The notes under the pieces were generated by a model. It saw only the letters and a list, made by a program, of their open reading frames with translations, did not search any database and had not been told where the DNA came from. Below are positions 12,723 through 26,000 of a stretch of DNA of 59,710 nucleotides, piece by piece. The stretch spans positions 123,038,102 to 123,097,811 of the forward strand of contig NC_068984.1 in NCBI RefSeq assembly GCF_001194135.2, in the 5' to 3' direction. This DNA comes from Octopus bimaculoides. Its lineage: Eukaryota. The translations under genes were made by a program, and so were the position numbers. Within the stretch, counting starts at the first letter, position 1. Each line of letters begins with the position of its first letter.

Positions 12723-15700
12723 NNNNNNNNNNNNNNNNNNNNNNNNNNNNNNNNNNNNNNNNNNNNNNNNNNNNNNNNNNNNNNNNNNNNNNNNNNNNNN
12801 NNNNNNNNNNNNNNNNNNNNNNNNNNNNNNNNNNNNNNNNNNNNNNNNNNNNNNNNNNNNNNNNNNNNNNNNNNNNNNNNNNNNNNNNNNNNNNNNNNNN
12901 NNNNNNNNNNNNNNNNNNNNNNNNNNNNNNNNNNNNNNNNNNNNNNNNNNNNNNNNNNNNNNNNNNNNNNNNNNNNNNNNNNNNNNNNNNNNNNNNNNNN
13001 NNNNNNNNNNNNNNNNNNNNNNNNNNNNNNNNNNNNNNNNNNNNNNNNNNNNNNNNNNNNNNNNNNNNNNNNNNNNNNNNNNNNNNNNNNNNNNNNNNNN
13101 NNNNNNNNNNNNNNNNNNNNNNNNNNNNTGTTTATACATACAACATATTCTTTCTTCTGTTTAGCCATCACAACTCAGGTTTTTCAGGAGCACTATCTTT
13201 TTATTTGTATGTTTGTTGCTAATGTTTATTTGAAACTAATGTGCCTGTACTTCTGGCTTCATAATTTTTTTTTTTTTAAACATTTATTTTTATTGTATTT
13301 TATTTTTGTATTTAGTTGAATTGCGCTTAACAGTGTTGCAGTGGTTCTTGGCTCTTGCAATCTTGCAGGATGTTGGCTGGGTTTTATTTATATATATTCT
13401 ATGCGTGTATATATATATATATATATATATAAACATTATCAATGTCACAAACTCAGTGTATGCATTTTGTGTATCATTAGCTGTTAAATAGTGTCAGAAA
13501 AAATAAGTCACTTTAAGATGCCAAACCTTAAAGGGACTTTTCCCTCTGATGCTATCCCGCAGCTAATGAGTGCGTAGACAAAACACATACTATAAGTATG
13601 TGACATCAATAATGTTTACATTATTAGAACTGCTTATAATTCAAAATTTTATATATTTTGGGGTTTCTTCTTCCTTCCTTTTTTTTTTTTTTCTTTTTCG
13701 TTTTCTGTTTTCATTATTTGTGTTGCAGGCAGCAGTACGCATTTGTCTATTTTGTTGTTACTTTCAGCCCGTCTTGCTGTGGCGGGGAAAACACCCACCA
13801 TAACTATCACCGAGGACAGCAGCAGCCCCCATCATGACGATGATGAAGAAAGCGATGATTATCTCCGCTTTATCGAAAAGCATCAGCAAAAAATGCAACA
13901 GCAACAACAACAAGCTGCTGCTGCTGTTGCCAAAGGTTAGATGATTACAGAGAAAACCACATTTGAATGACAATTACAAACACACATGTATATATATATA
14001 TATATATAAATAAATAAATAAGGATAAGATCGATATTCAAAATATTGATTTTATCAAGTGGCCAGCATGGGAATAAATATGAACATTTATTGTGGTTTAG
14101 AGTCAAGATTTGACTGCTATTTTTCAGCGTGGTGGTATCTCTTAGATACCCTATATTATAATTATATATATATATATATATAATGTATGTATGTGTATAC
14201 ACAGGGGGGAGCAAAAATAGGTGCACAGTTGCTTAATATGAGTGAAAATGTTTCTTTCTTTCCTCTACTTCTTTGTTAGGATAATAATCAAAAGAACATT
14301 TCACTCATATCGAACAACTGTATGCCTCCTTTTGCCATGTCCCCCTACCCTCCAACCATGCATGGCAGTTGTGTTCAAGGGACAAGATTAGTCAATACTA
14401 TGGATTTCACTAATACTTGATTGGTACTTTATTTTATTGACCCCGCAAAAAAGATAAAAGGCAAAGTTAACTTCAGTGGGATTTGAACTTAATGTAAAAG
14501 GCCAGAACAAATACCATGAGGCATTTTATTCAGTGCTTTATCAATAATATTCATTTCTGACATAGCAAATCAACAGCAGCCACATTATTGTTAATAGTAC
14601 TTTGCAGTGTAAGATGATGGAATAAGAATACTGTACTGCATAGTTTAATCCATTGTTCTACTGTTCCTACTATAAAGAATAAAGACCCCCTTTGATCATG
14701 AATGACCATGGGATTGCACCTAGAAAGTTCCCCTCCGAGGCACAAGTCCAGGCAAGGTTGTTTGTGGAAGATCAGCAGTCACCCATACATACCAGCCTCC
14801 CCTCTCTACGCCACCGATATTATCAAAGAAAAGGCAAAGGCCAATAGAATTTGGCACCAGTGATATTGCAACTCATTTCTACAGCTGAGTGAACTAGAAC
14901 AACATGAAATAAAGTGTCTTACTCAAGAACACTACACACAGCCCCGTCTAGGAATCAATCTTACTACCTCATGATTGTGAGCCGACACTGTAACCACTGA
15001 ACCATGTGCATTCACTGTTCCTACTAACTTACCTCAATACAAAATAAACCTCTGTGTAATCATTTGCCCTATTAGAAATAGTAACAAAATCCTCCCCAAA
15101 TTATACCTTACTCTCCTACTATAAAAGTATTCATTGAATAATTATAATTCTAGATATACTACATAAGATAAAGAGATACACACATACATAAAAAGAGGTT
15201 TGAGTTAATGAAAAATCCTCTGTATGATCATAAGTGCAGGAACAAAATTTGCTTCAGGGGTGCAAACCCAATTTTTCGGGAGGATGTTCAGTTTTCATTA
15301 CCCCACAAAAATCTTAGGGACTGCTCTTGCACCTTTTGCACCCTTTGTTCATTACCCTTTGCACATGGTCAAGCGATGTACTAGAAATAGTTGATAAATC
15401 TTTTAAGTCATACTCTTTTGTCTTACAAAGAGAAGGACAAAGTAGATAACATAGTCCTGAATGAAAATATGGGCAGGATAGTCACATCTTTGATTATAGA
15501 TTTGTTTAGCTCTAAGCTGGGTCTAATGAGCAAGACTAACATCAATAATGCACTTTATGTAATGTATATATAAAATGTTTTAGATATTCTTAAAAACCAA
15601 AACAATGCAAGTTATAAAAAAAATTAATTATACAGGTGATCAATGGTTAGTTCTCTTGTCTGGTATTTCAGTATTTCAAGGTAGATTTCCTGAAGAAGAG

Positions 15701-18700
15701 GCCCTAACCCCGAAATATCGAAATACCAGGTTGTAGCAGTAAACATTGACTTGTACTCATTTTTTTATAACCTGCATTAGTTTGGCTTTAAAAAATACAT
15801 AAAACTTTTATATTATATAAAGTAACAAACTAAGGAATGGAATTCCTTCAAAGGGGTGTGTAAAGCATCCAGTTCACTGGTACGTCAGTTGAATACCACA
15901 TAAATATGGGTATAATGCAAATTACAAACAAATTAAATAGAGAGATACAATTAACAATCCAATAATTTATTTATATTATAACATAATATATACTATGACT
16001 ATAATATAATATAACATTAAAAAAAATCATTAAAAAACCAAAAGAGCCAACAATTTGTTTAGACTTGTATATAAATTATCAGGGTGTATAAATACACAAT
16101 AGAAAAGGTAAAATTTAGGGGACCTATAATATTGGATTCTGTTTATTAGTCGAAGGACAGATGACAAATCATTCTAATGGTTTCATAGAAAGGCACAAAT
16201 GTCGTTATATCACATTTCTTTTCATTTCAAATATCAATTTTCAAGATCAGCTTTTACTCAGTCTCTTACTTTTAATCCCTTCAGAATTAGCAAGTACCAG
16301 TAATATCCTTGGGTTGAAAAGAAAAGACAAAATTGAAACTGAGCCTTTTTAACTGAGAAATATTGGTCTTGATCTTTAGAAATCATTGAAATTATTATTA
16401 TTATTATTATTATTATTATCCATTGCTTGCTTTGTGCCTGGAATATTGAGTGTTGTCATTGCCTTGTTTCTTTTTCACTGAATAATTTATTTTTAATTTC
16501 TGTTTTCATTTTTTACAGTTTTTTTTTCAAATCTTATTTTTCAAATTTTTTGTTTACTTTCTATGTTGTTTTTCTTTGTGGTGTCCTTGGATCCAGTTTC
16601 CTTCTTGTCTTGATCTGATGCTTTGTGTTGAAACACCTGAATATGCACACACACACACACTTCACTGTCAAAAGCTTGATGTTATGGTTTCTTCTATCAA
16701 TGCAAATATCAACTGTATAATAACTATCAACTATTTAAGGGCAGTGACTAAGCTAAAATTGGTAGAGTGATGGACAAATAAATTATTCTTACCTTTTCTC
16801 TGTAGGGCATATTAGAGAAGGACATGGCTGAGTAGTTTAGAAGCTAGCTACCCAACCATATGGCCTCTGGTTCAGTCTTTCTGTGCAGCACTTTTGGCAT
16901 GTGTCTTCTACTATAGCCCTGGACCAACTGAAGCTTTGTGAGTGCAATTGGTAAACAGGAAAAGCCAATCATATATGTATGTAGTGCCACATGGAGGCAG
17001 TGACTGAGACCTTTGGCAATATACCATGCTTGGGAAAACCTGTCAAGCCAAGTGAAATCATAGTTGTGGCTGATGCTGGTGTTATGTAACTGGTATGTAA
17101 AAAGCACCCACTACACTCTTGGAGTGGTTGATGTTAGAAAGGGCATCCAGCTGTAGAAATCATGCCAAATCAGATTGGAACCTGGTGAAGCTCCCCCAGC
17201 TTACCAGTTTTCAGTCAAACCATCCAACCCATGCCAGCATGGAAAACGTATGTTAAATGGTGCTGCTGTTTGTCCTTGTCTTGACATCATGTTATGGTTG
17301 TAAGCAAGCATCACCTTCATACAAGGGATATTGGTCGTTTGCAGTCTTCTGTAGAAAATTTGGGAGGAGCATGCAGCTGTAGAAAAATCTGCATCCACAA
17401 ATTCTGTCTGACCCATGCATGTATGGAAAAGTGGGCATTAAATTATTATGATGATATATGTGTGTGTGTGTGTTACATATATAGATTTTTGTCCAGGGAG
17501 GTATGCATCTCTTTGGACATAAATCTATTTACCTCACTTATCTACCCAACTGGCTATCCAGTGACCTGACAACTTGGTTACTCCTCTGTGTCTTGCTAGG
17601 GCTGAGCAATTGTGTATTGTTCACAAAGTACAAGACACATTTTGTCTAGTAGTTGCAGCTGCCACTTGATGTAGACCTAATAGCTGTTTATGGATATTTT
17701 GAACTATTCGTGTTGCATTTCCATAGATTTATGCAACAGTTTTATTCCTATTATCATCATACTTAGTTGCATTGTATTAGTAGCAGCCCCTTGCATAGAG
17801 ATTAGTATCTCAGTAACAGGTCTGTATCTAAACAATAACAGCATCTTTATACATAAACAGTACCAAGTTCTCCATAGAGATCAGTATTGCCACAATAACA
17901 GCCCTTCTATGCAGGTCAGTTTGTCAGCAGTACAATGCCAAACAGATTACATTAATTTAAAAGATAGTGATGTGTGGTTCTCTCTTCTCAAGCTCTTTCT
18001 GTCTGTCTTTCTCCATTTCCTTTTCTTCAAAAAAATCACAGAAAACAACAAAACAAACTCAGTTCTATATTAAAATCTAGTAGTTATTCTGATTTTAAAA
18101 ATCTAGGAATAATTTGGTGTTCAACAATATTTTTTTTTTAAATTTACAGAAATTTATAGAACATTGGATTAATATTCCTGATCAGAGTTTCAACCTTGAA
18201 ACATAAAATCAAAACTGAGATCCAGTTTTTTAAATAAAAATGAACTGGGTTTCTTTTGAAAATTGTTTTTTGTTTTTGAAGTTTTTCATCTCATATATTC
18301 CTAAATACCACCATAAAAAGAAAAAACCTGCTAAAACTAAATAACTGATTGTTTCTATTTTGTACATTTTTTTTTTTTAGCAACTGACCTCTTTTTCCCT
18401 TCTTGTCATCTAAACAGTTTTTGGTCTTCCAGTGGGTGTTTTTAACAGTTTTTATTGCACATTGATTTATTTTTTTAATTCTGTATCACTTTCACATGTG
18501 TATGTGCGTATTGTATCACTTTTTATTCTTTACCTCCCTGCTGTTGTTTGGTATTTGTTTTCGGGTTTTCATTCATCTGTGTATTTCTATTTAAGTTGGT
18601 GTATTGACAAAACCCTTCTCTACTAGCAGGTCAAGAGCCAACCACCACGACCACCACCACAGTGTCTTCTGAAGGCCATGGGGAAGAATCAGGTAATGTT

Positions 18701-19174
18701 GAAACCTCTTGATGCTATGCTATGCTGTTTGTTGCATCTAGCCATCTAAATGTTTCACGTAAACAGATTTTGTTTTATCCCCACATATTTTTATCATTAT
18801 AATTATAATTATTTTTGTCTTTTTTTGCCTCATTGTTTGCTACAGTTGATCAATGCTTTTTGTATATGACCATTTATTCAACATTACACACACATGCACA
18901 TATATGTATTGATATGTACATATGTGTAAGAGAGAATGATTATGTAAAACAATATAGAGAATACATAAATTAATTCAATACAAAAAAAATGCTATATTTT
19001 TTTTAACCTTGATTAAAATATTTGTAGAGTTATCTCAAACAACATATTGGTCTAACATTAAAAGAATAAAGATTGTGATTTTGACCTATGGGTTGCACAC
19101 TCATTCATTTTCTATGATTCTCTAAGGCCCCACTCCATGGAAATTTCAATCTTTCCTTTGTTACAACCCATATG

Positions 19175-19212
<38 letters not shown>

Positions 19213-19634
19213 TTTAACTCTCCAATTCATCTCAGAGCCAAACTAAATATTCATTATGCATTTATACTTCTACTGGTTACTGTCATTCAACTACAGCCAT
19301 GATAGTGCCTCTGTCTTCAGGGGTTTTAGTCAATTATACTGACCCCAGTACTTCAATCTGGTACTTTTGTTATCGATCTCTATTTGTTGAATTTAGTTTT
19401 TGTTTAGTTTTTTTTTTTCACACAAAAGGATACAACCCAATGCCCATATTTATACCAATTAACACGGATACATATATGCACACACATACACACACTGGCT
19501 TTAGCACAGTTCGTGCCTACCAAATTCTAATCACATTGCTTTGAACAACCTAAGTCTATAAGACTTGTCACTAGCCCAAGGTGCTGCACAGTAGGATCAA
19601 AGTTGGAGCCATACACATATAAACACAAATATAC

Positions 19635-19689
<55 letters not shown>

Positions 19690-19930
19690 TATATATATAT
19701 ATACATAGAGAGAGAGAGAGAGAGAGAGAGAGGTTATGAGAGCCAGAGGTTTCAGGTAATGCTGAGTAAGTGCAATGGATAAACCATACTTAGGCTCCAA
19801 GTTTGGTGATTATGCAAATAAGGGGTCTAACGTAGGTCATATATCAGCGTGTGAATATAAGGATTTAATTTTCGTAATGAGATAAAAATATACACAGCCT
19901 TGGATTTTTATCTCATTATGAAAAGTAAAT

Positions 19931-20003
<73 letters not shown>

Positions 20004-23000
20004 CACATACAGACACTAATTCTATATTGTTCATGGTACTGTTTTCTGAAGGAAAATAGAAAATTCATCAGCATGTTAATAACCAACGATGATTTTAGAA
20101 CACTTTGTGATTTTTTTTTTTGTGTTTGGTTTTTTTATTCCACCCTTACTGTTGCTAATATCCCAAAGTGCATGAATGCAGTAATGCAAGATTTTCTTGA
20201 TTTACAATTATCCTGCTCCACTGAAGAACTGAAGCTAGTTCAAGACTTTCATCATCCTCATTTGATATAATTTTATTTTCCCATTTAAACATCCCAGTGT
20301 CTGCTGTTTTGTTTTTTTGTTTGTTTGTTTTGTTTTTTTTTAATGGTTGTTGTCAATACCCTTACAACATTTTCCTTTTCACCTTTATATATCTTAGTTA
20401 ATCCAGTAAATCCCTGCTGCCATCAGTTATTCTTATTTATCCATCATATCTGCACTGTGTATGTTTTCTCGTTTATTTCTTCAATATTTTGTTTATTTAT
20501 ATATATATTAATGTTTTTATTTGTTTCTCATTTTATTTTGATTTCTTCCAATTAAGGCTGTCTTATTCCCAGTCTGCACTGTGAAGCTTGTTTTTACTGC
20601 TATACATGTGATATAAAGTATTGCATATATTTTATAAATATATATATGTATGTATATATACATATACATGTGTATATGTATGTATATATATACATATACA
20701 AATATATATATATATATATATATATAAACTTGATAATCTTGTGTTATCGTGATATTCTTGTATGTTTATTATTAAATGTTTAGAGTATTCTGGAATGATA
20801 TACCCATAAAAAAAAGAGTGATCTTCATTTGTTTTGTTTACCAAAATAGTTTCTTTGAGGCCTGAAGATCTGATCCTTTTTCAATACCTATAACTTAAAT
20901 TCTTAAATTACTTTCTATTTACATTGACTCCTTCAAAATTCCTATTTACTAATTTTTACATTAGTAAATACTTTAAACCATAAGTTGGCATCAACTAAGT
21001 AATTTATACATCATATTCTTTTAGAAATTCCTAATTTTTACTGTTTCACTTGAAAGATTTTTGGTATATCCAGGGTTCTCATTGCATTAATGGTAATTAA
21101 TAATTCTGATCAGAACATTTCATCATTAACCAGGTTAAAATGAACTTTTAATTAACTCTGATTTTTTTTTTCCCCCATTATTTAATCTTCTTAACTCTTT
21201 ATTAATTATAATCCAGCATTTGCAATTTAAATTTATATACATATACTCTCACACATTGTTACACACAGATACAGAAAAACATACACAAATACATATAAAT
21301 GTATGCATAAAATATGTATCTCTGTGTGTATGGTTTTTTTTTTTTTTGTAATGTTCCATTTTCTCGATAATTCCTTTACAATAACTAATGTGTATTATTT
21401 AAAGTAAAAGTCTGTAAACCTTTTCCTTCTAATAACATTTCCAATTTACTCATCTTGAAATCTCTCCTTTTTAATGCTTGCATTTCGGATTGCTGTCGGA
21501 TTTTTTTTTTTTTTTTACCTACCTTTAATTATAAAACAAACAAAAACAAAACTATTGACAAAAAAAAAAAAAACCCTTGATAGATGATGAGAGTGAGGGT
21601 AAAACAAGATCAGTCGCTTCTATTATTCAAATGTTTGAGCAAACATCTGACACTGCTTTGCAAAGTTCGGCTACAGACATTGTTCGTGAAGTCCAGAAAT
21701 CAGCACAGGCAACGTTACGCAAAGAATCTAAAGAATTCACAAAGCAAGACTCTTCTGAGTGGGTTGTTATTGACAACAGCGATCTTGATGGCTTTGATGC
21801 AGAAAAGTTGCCATCAGCCAATGGTACTTATGTTGAAACAGAAGATTCTGCTCCAAAGGTAGAAGAATGGGTAAAAGTCTCTGCTGTCAAAGAGAAATTT
21901 GAAGACAAAATTAAGAATGGCTCCATGTCTGAAAAAACTATTATACGTGAAGCTACCAAAGTTCATACAAGTACTTTAGCAAAACATAAAGCTTCAGAGA
22001 AAGCTGATGATATTGATCAACCTTACGGTGTCCCAGAACCGCCCGACGCCCACTTTAAGACTCCTTCAGATGATGAAAATCTTGATTTTTCTGAGAAATT
22101 GAAAATGTTTACTGGTAAACATGCCCAAAATTATTATGTCACAACTCAAGCTGATGAGTTATTAAGCTCCGATGAAGAAACACCAGACACTACCTCTAAA
22201 GGAAGTGAAAGGTCATACCAAACTGCATCTGAAACGAGTGAAATCCGATCTGAAACTGTAAAAGTGTCTTCTGCAGGAGAGCAAAAAAGTGAAGTCATTG
22301 AAGAACGACGCGAAAGCACTTCATCACTGATTGCTAAGTTTGAAGAAGTTACAAATCGTGAAAAGTCATTAAAGAAAGAGGATAGCAAAGAGACAGTACA
22401 AAAAGAAGTGACAAAATCTTGGAAAACTGATTCTTCTCAAAGTGCAGTCCAGGAGGAAAAGGAAAGTCACGTATTCCAAGAGAAAAAAGAAAGCATTTCT
22501 TCAGAAAGCGAAACTCCTGATTTGAAGGAAGTTCACAAAGATAGTAAAGAAACTGTATCATCAGTTGAGAAGAGCTTCAAGACTGAAACAACAGAAATGA
22601 AACAGAAAGTAGAATATTCTGTAGATGATGGCAAAGTAAAAGAGATCTTCACTTCTGAAGATAGCCAAATTTTATCATCTAAGACTTTGGACAAAACCAT
22701 ATCCTCACTCGATAAAGATATCTCACCAGAACTTAAGGATAAATCACCTTCACCAGAACCTCAGCTGAAATCACATTTACCTGAGGCTAAGGAGAAAACT
22801 CCCTCACCAGAGCCCCAACTTAAGTCTCCTTCACCAAAACCTAAAGAGAAATCTCCTTCACCAGAACCTAAGGAGAAATCTCCTTCACCACAACCTAAAG
22901 ATAAATCTCCTTCACCAAAACCTAAAGATAAATCTCCTTCACCTCTTCAGCTAAAGTCAAAGTCTCCCTCACCAGAACCTAAAGAAAAGACCCCATCACC

Positions 23001-26000
23001 ACCTCACGTGAAATCAAAGTCTCCCTCACCACCTCACCTAAAGTCAAAGTCTCCCTCACCAGAACCTAAAGATAAGTCTCCCTCACCATCTCACCTAAAG
23101 TCAAAGTCCCCTTCACCAGAACTTAAAGATAAGTCTCCTTCACCAAAGTTACAACTTAAGTCTTCTTCACCAAAACCTAAAGATAAGACTCCCTCTCCAC
23201 CTCACCTCAAGTCAAAGTCCCCCTCACCACCTCACCTAAAGTCAAAATCTCCCTCGCCCGAACCTAAAGATAAGTCTCCCTCACCACTTCAGTTAAAGTC
23301 AAAATCTCCCTCACCAGAAATCAAAGACAAGTCTCCTTCACCACTCCACCTTAAGTCAAAGAGTCCTTCACCAGATCTGAAAGAGAAGACTCCCTCTCCA
23401 CCTCACCTCAAGTCAAAGTCCCCTTCACCATCTCACCTAAAGTCAAAATCTCCCTCGCCCGAACCTAAAGATAAGTCTCCCTCACCACTTCAGTTAAAAT
23501 CAAAATCTCCCTCGCCTGAACCTAAAGATAAGTCTCCCTCACCACTTCGGTTAAAGTCAAAGTCTCCCTCACCAGAACCTAAAGACAAGTCTCTTTCACC
23601 ACTCCACCTTAAGTCAAAGAGTCCTTCACCAGAACTTAAAGAGAAGACTCCATCACCACTTCGCCTAAAGTCAAAATCTCCCTCACCAGAACCTAAATCA
23701 AAGACTCCCTCACCACTTCAAAAGTCAAAGTCTCCTTCACCGGACCCTAAAGATAAGGCCCCTTCACCACTTCACCTGAAGTCAAAGAGTCCGTCACCAG
23801 AACTTAAAGGGAAGACTCCATCACCACCCCACCTAAAGTCAAAGTCTCCCTCACCAGACCTTAAAGATAAGTCTCCCTCCCCACTTCACCTAAAGTCAAA
23901 GCTTCCCTCACCACCTCACCTGAAGTCAAAGTCTCCCTCACCAGAATCTAAAGGGAAGACTCCCTCACCAGAGCCTAAAGAGAAAACTCCATCACCACCA
24001 CACATAAAGTCAAAGTCCCCATCACCAGAACCTAAAGCTAAGTCCCCCTCTCCACCACGTCTGAAATCAAAGTCTCCCTCACCAGAACCTAAAGAGAAGA
24101 TTCTCTCACCAGAACCTCAACTCAAGTCTCCTTCACCAGAACCACAGCTGAAAGCACCTTCCCCAGAGCCTCAGGCCTCTGAAATTTGTCCTAAGCCCTA
24201 TGATGAAGAAGATTTTGAAATTATTGAGCAGGAGGAAATTTTGGAAGCCAAGATTTCCTTAGAGCGCCAGACACCGTTCGAACCAGCTGCTATTGATCTT
24301 TCATCAACTGACAAGGTTTGTCCTCCAAAAGAACACGGAGCTGAGCCACCAGATGATGGCCTTCAGACACAACTAGAAGAAGAACCTCACAAAGATACTG
24401 ATTATGAAATCTCAAGGAGAGAAGTTTTTTTAGAAAAGGAATCTCGCAGTTTCTATACATCGAAACCCGAGCCATCTAAAGACATAATCTCAAGCAAATT
24501 AGTTGACAAGGATGTGCACACCATTGTCTCCACAACCTCTATCAAGGAAGTGTCAACAACCATCTCTGAACACACAACCAAAGTAATTGAAGATGAAGAT
24601 AAGGAAAGCACAACTATATCTAGTGAGGAAGATTTTCTTTCAAAAAACGAGATGCGATCTCCTGTATGTGATGACATACAGGAGAGTAAAGTAGTAGAAA
24701 GTGTACCTGCTGACAGTGTTAAGGTTTCACCTGTGGAGCAGAAAATTACTAGAAAATCATCGTCTGGTGAACTGTTTGAGATCTCTCGACAGGAAGAAAA
24801 AATGATTATAGACTCTCCAGAGAAACTAGAAATTCATGACTGGCAGACTTCAGCACCAGAAGCTACTGAACGATTTGACAGACAGGCTGAATCTATGTCT
24901 GATGAGAGTTTAGTAGAGGTTCAGCTGGATGCTTTAAAGGAAGATATTAGAGAAAAAGTGCTTGAAGAAACCCAAGAAAGATCTGTCAGAAGATTACAAC
25001 AATTACAGGATGTTTCAGATGAGGAATCAGATGAAATATTTACTCACACTGATCAAAGAACAAAAGAGGAATTCACTGAGAGGTCATATGAAGACTCCAA
25101 GAAAAAGGCATCCTCAACAGAGTCCCCGGGATTATCACCAACAGCAGACCATCTTAAAAAAGATCTGGGTGACCGAACAGAGATAACTTATGAATTCCCT
25201 GTACAAGAAGACTTATCATCAGATGAAGGATCCAAAGGTAGTTCTCTAGATTTGTTCCTGACACATGAAAAGAGCTGTCAGGAGGAAGAAGAACACTATA
25301 CCTCACACAAAGATCAACCCTCCGTTACTCATGAACGACAGGTTTCCACAGTAACATCAGAATATAAAACATCAAGTACATCTGAAATGATAGAAGAAAG
25401 TGTCAGCAAAGAAGAGAAATCTGTGTATCCAAGTAAAATTTCCCAAGAATACCGTGTGGAAGATGAGCAGGATATGACATCTGATGAGGAAACATCTGAA
25501 GAAATCCATGAAACTGATACCTCAAAGAAAACAGCACCTCAGTTTAGTTCCATTCTGTCAGAGGAAGCTACTTATTTTGAAATCAGCAGGCGAGAGCAGT
25601 TCATGACTGTTGGCTCACCTGAAAAAATTGAATTTAAAACACCGGCCAAAAGCGATGGTCTTAGTTTTAGTGCCGATCCTTTTTTAGTATCTAGTGCCTT
25701 GGCACATGAAACATCGGTGGAGAATATTAGAAGCATTCCCAAAGCGGAATCTCCCCTTACTGAGCAATCTCCAAAACATGTAGCCAAGGATGACACTTCT
25801 GACCGAACTGAGGAGAAATATTCTGTTGATCTTGCTGCTTTACAAGCAGAGGCAGATGCTAAGTTTAAAGAAACTTCGCCTCATGACTTCCAAGAAGAGA
25901 AATATCTGTCCAGTGATGATGAGAGCGATGTTGATGATCATGATGATGTTGACATAATGACAGAAATGGATTATATGTCTAAATCTCAGAGTATAGATGT

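Noticed and set aside
12557-13319. Long ORFs spanning N-gaps and (TA)n/(CA)n tracts (also 41423-44340 and 57523-58856)
   Set aside because: Composed of X and YI/HT/CV dipeptide runs; artefacts.
20150-20270. Coding-looking stretch (MQDFLDLQLSCSTEELKLVQDFHHPHLI*)
   Set aside because: No phase-1 acceptor or donor; the phase-1 frame closes quickly.
22741-24174. Regular short repeats as a CRISPR-like or phage-type array (also 3900-5120)
   Set aside because: The units are in-frame coding repeats without unique spacers, in a spliced eukaryotic gene with no cas genes.
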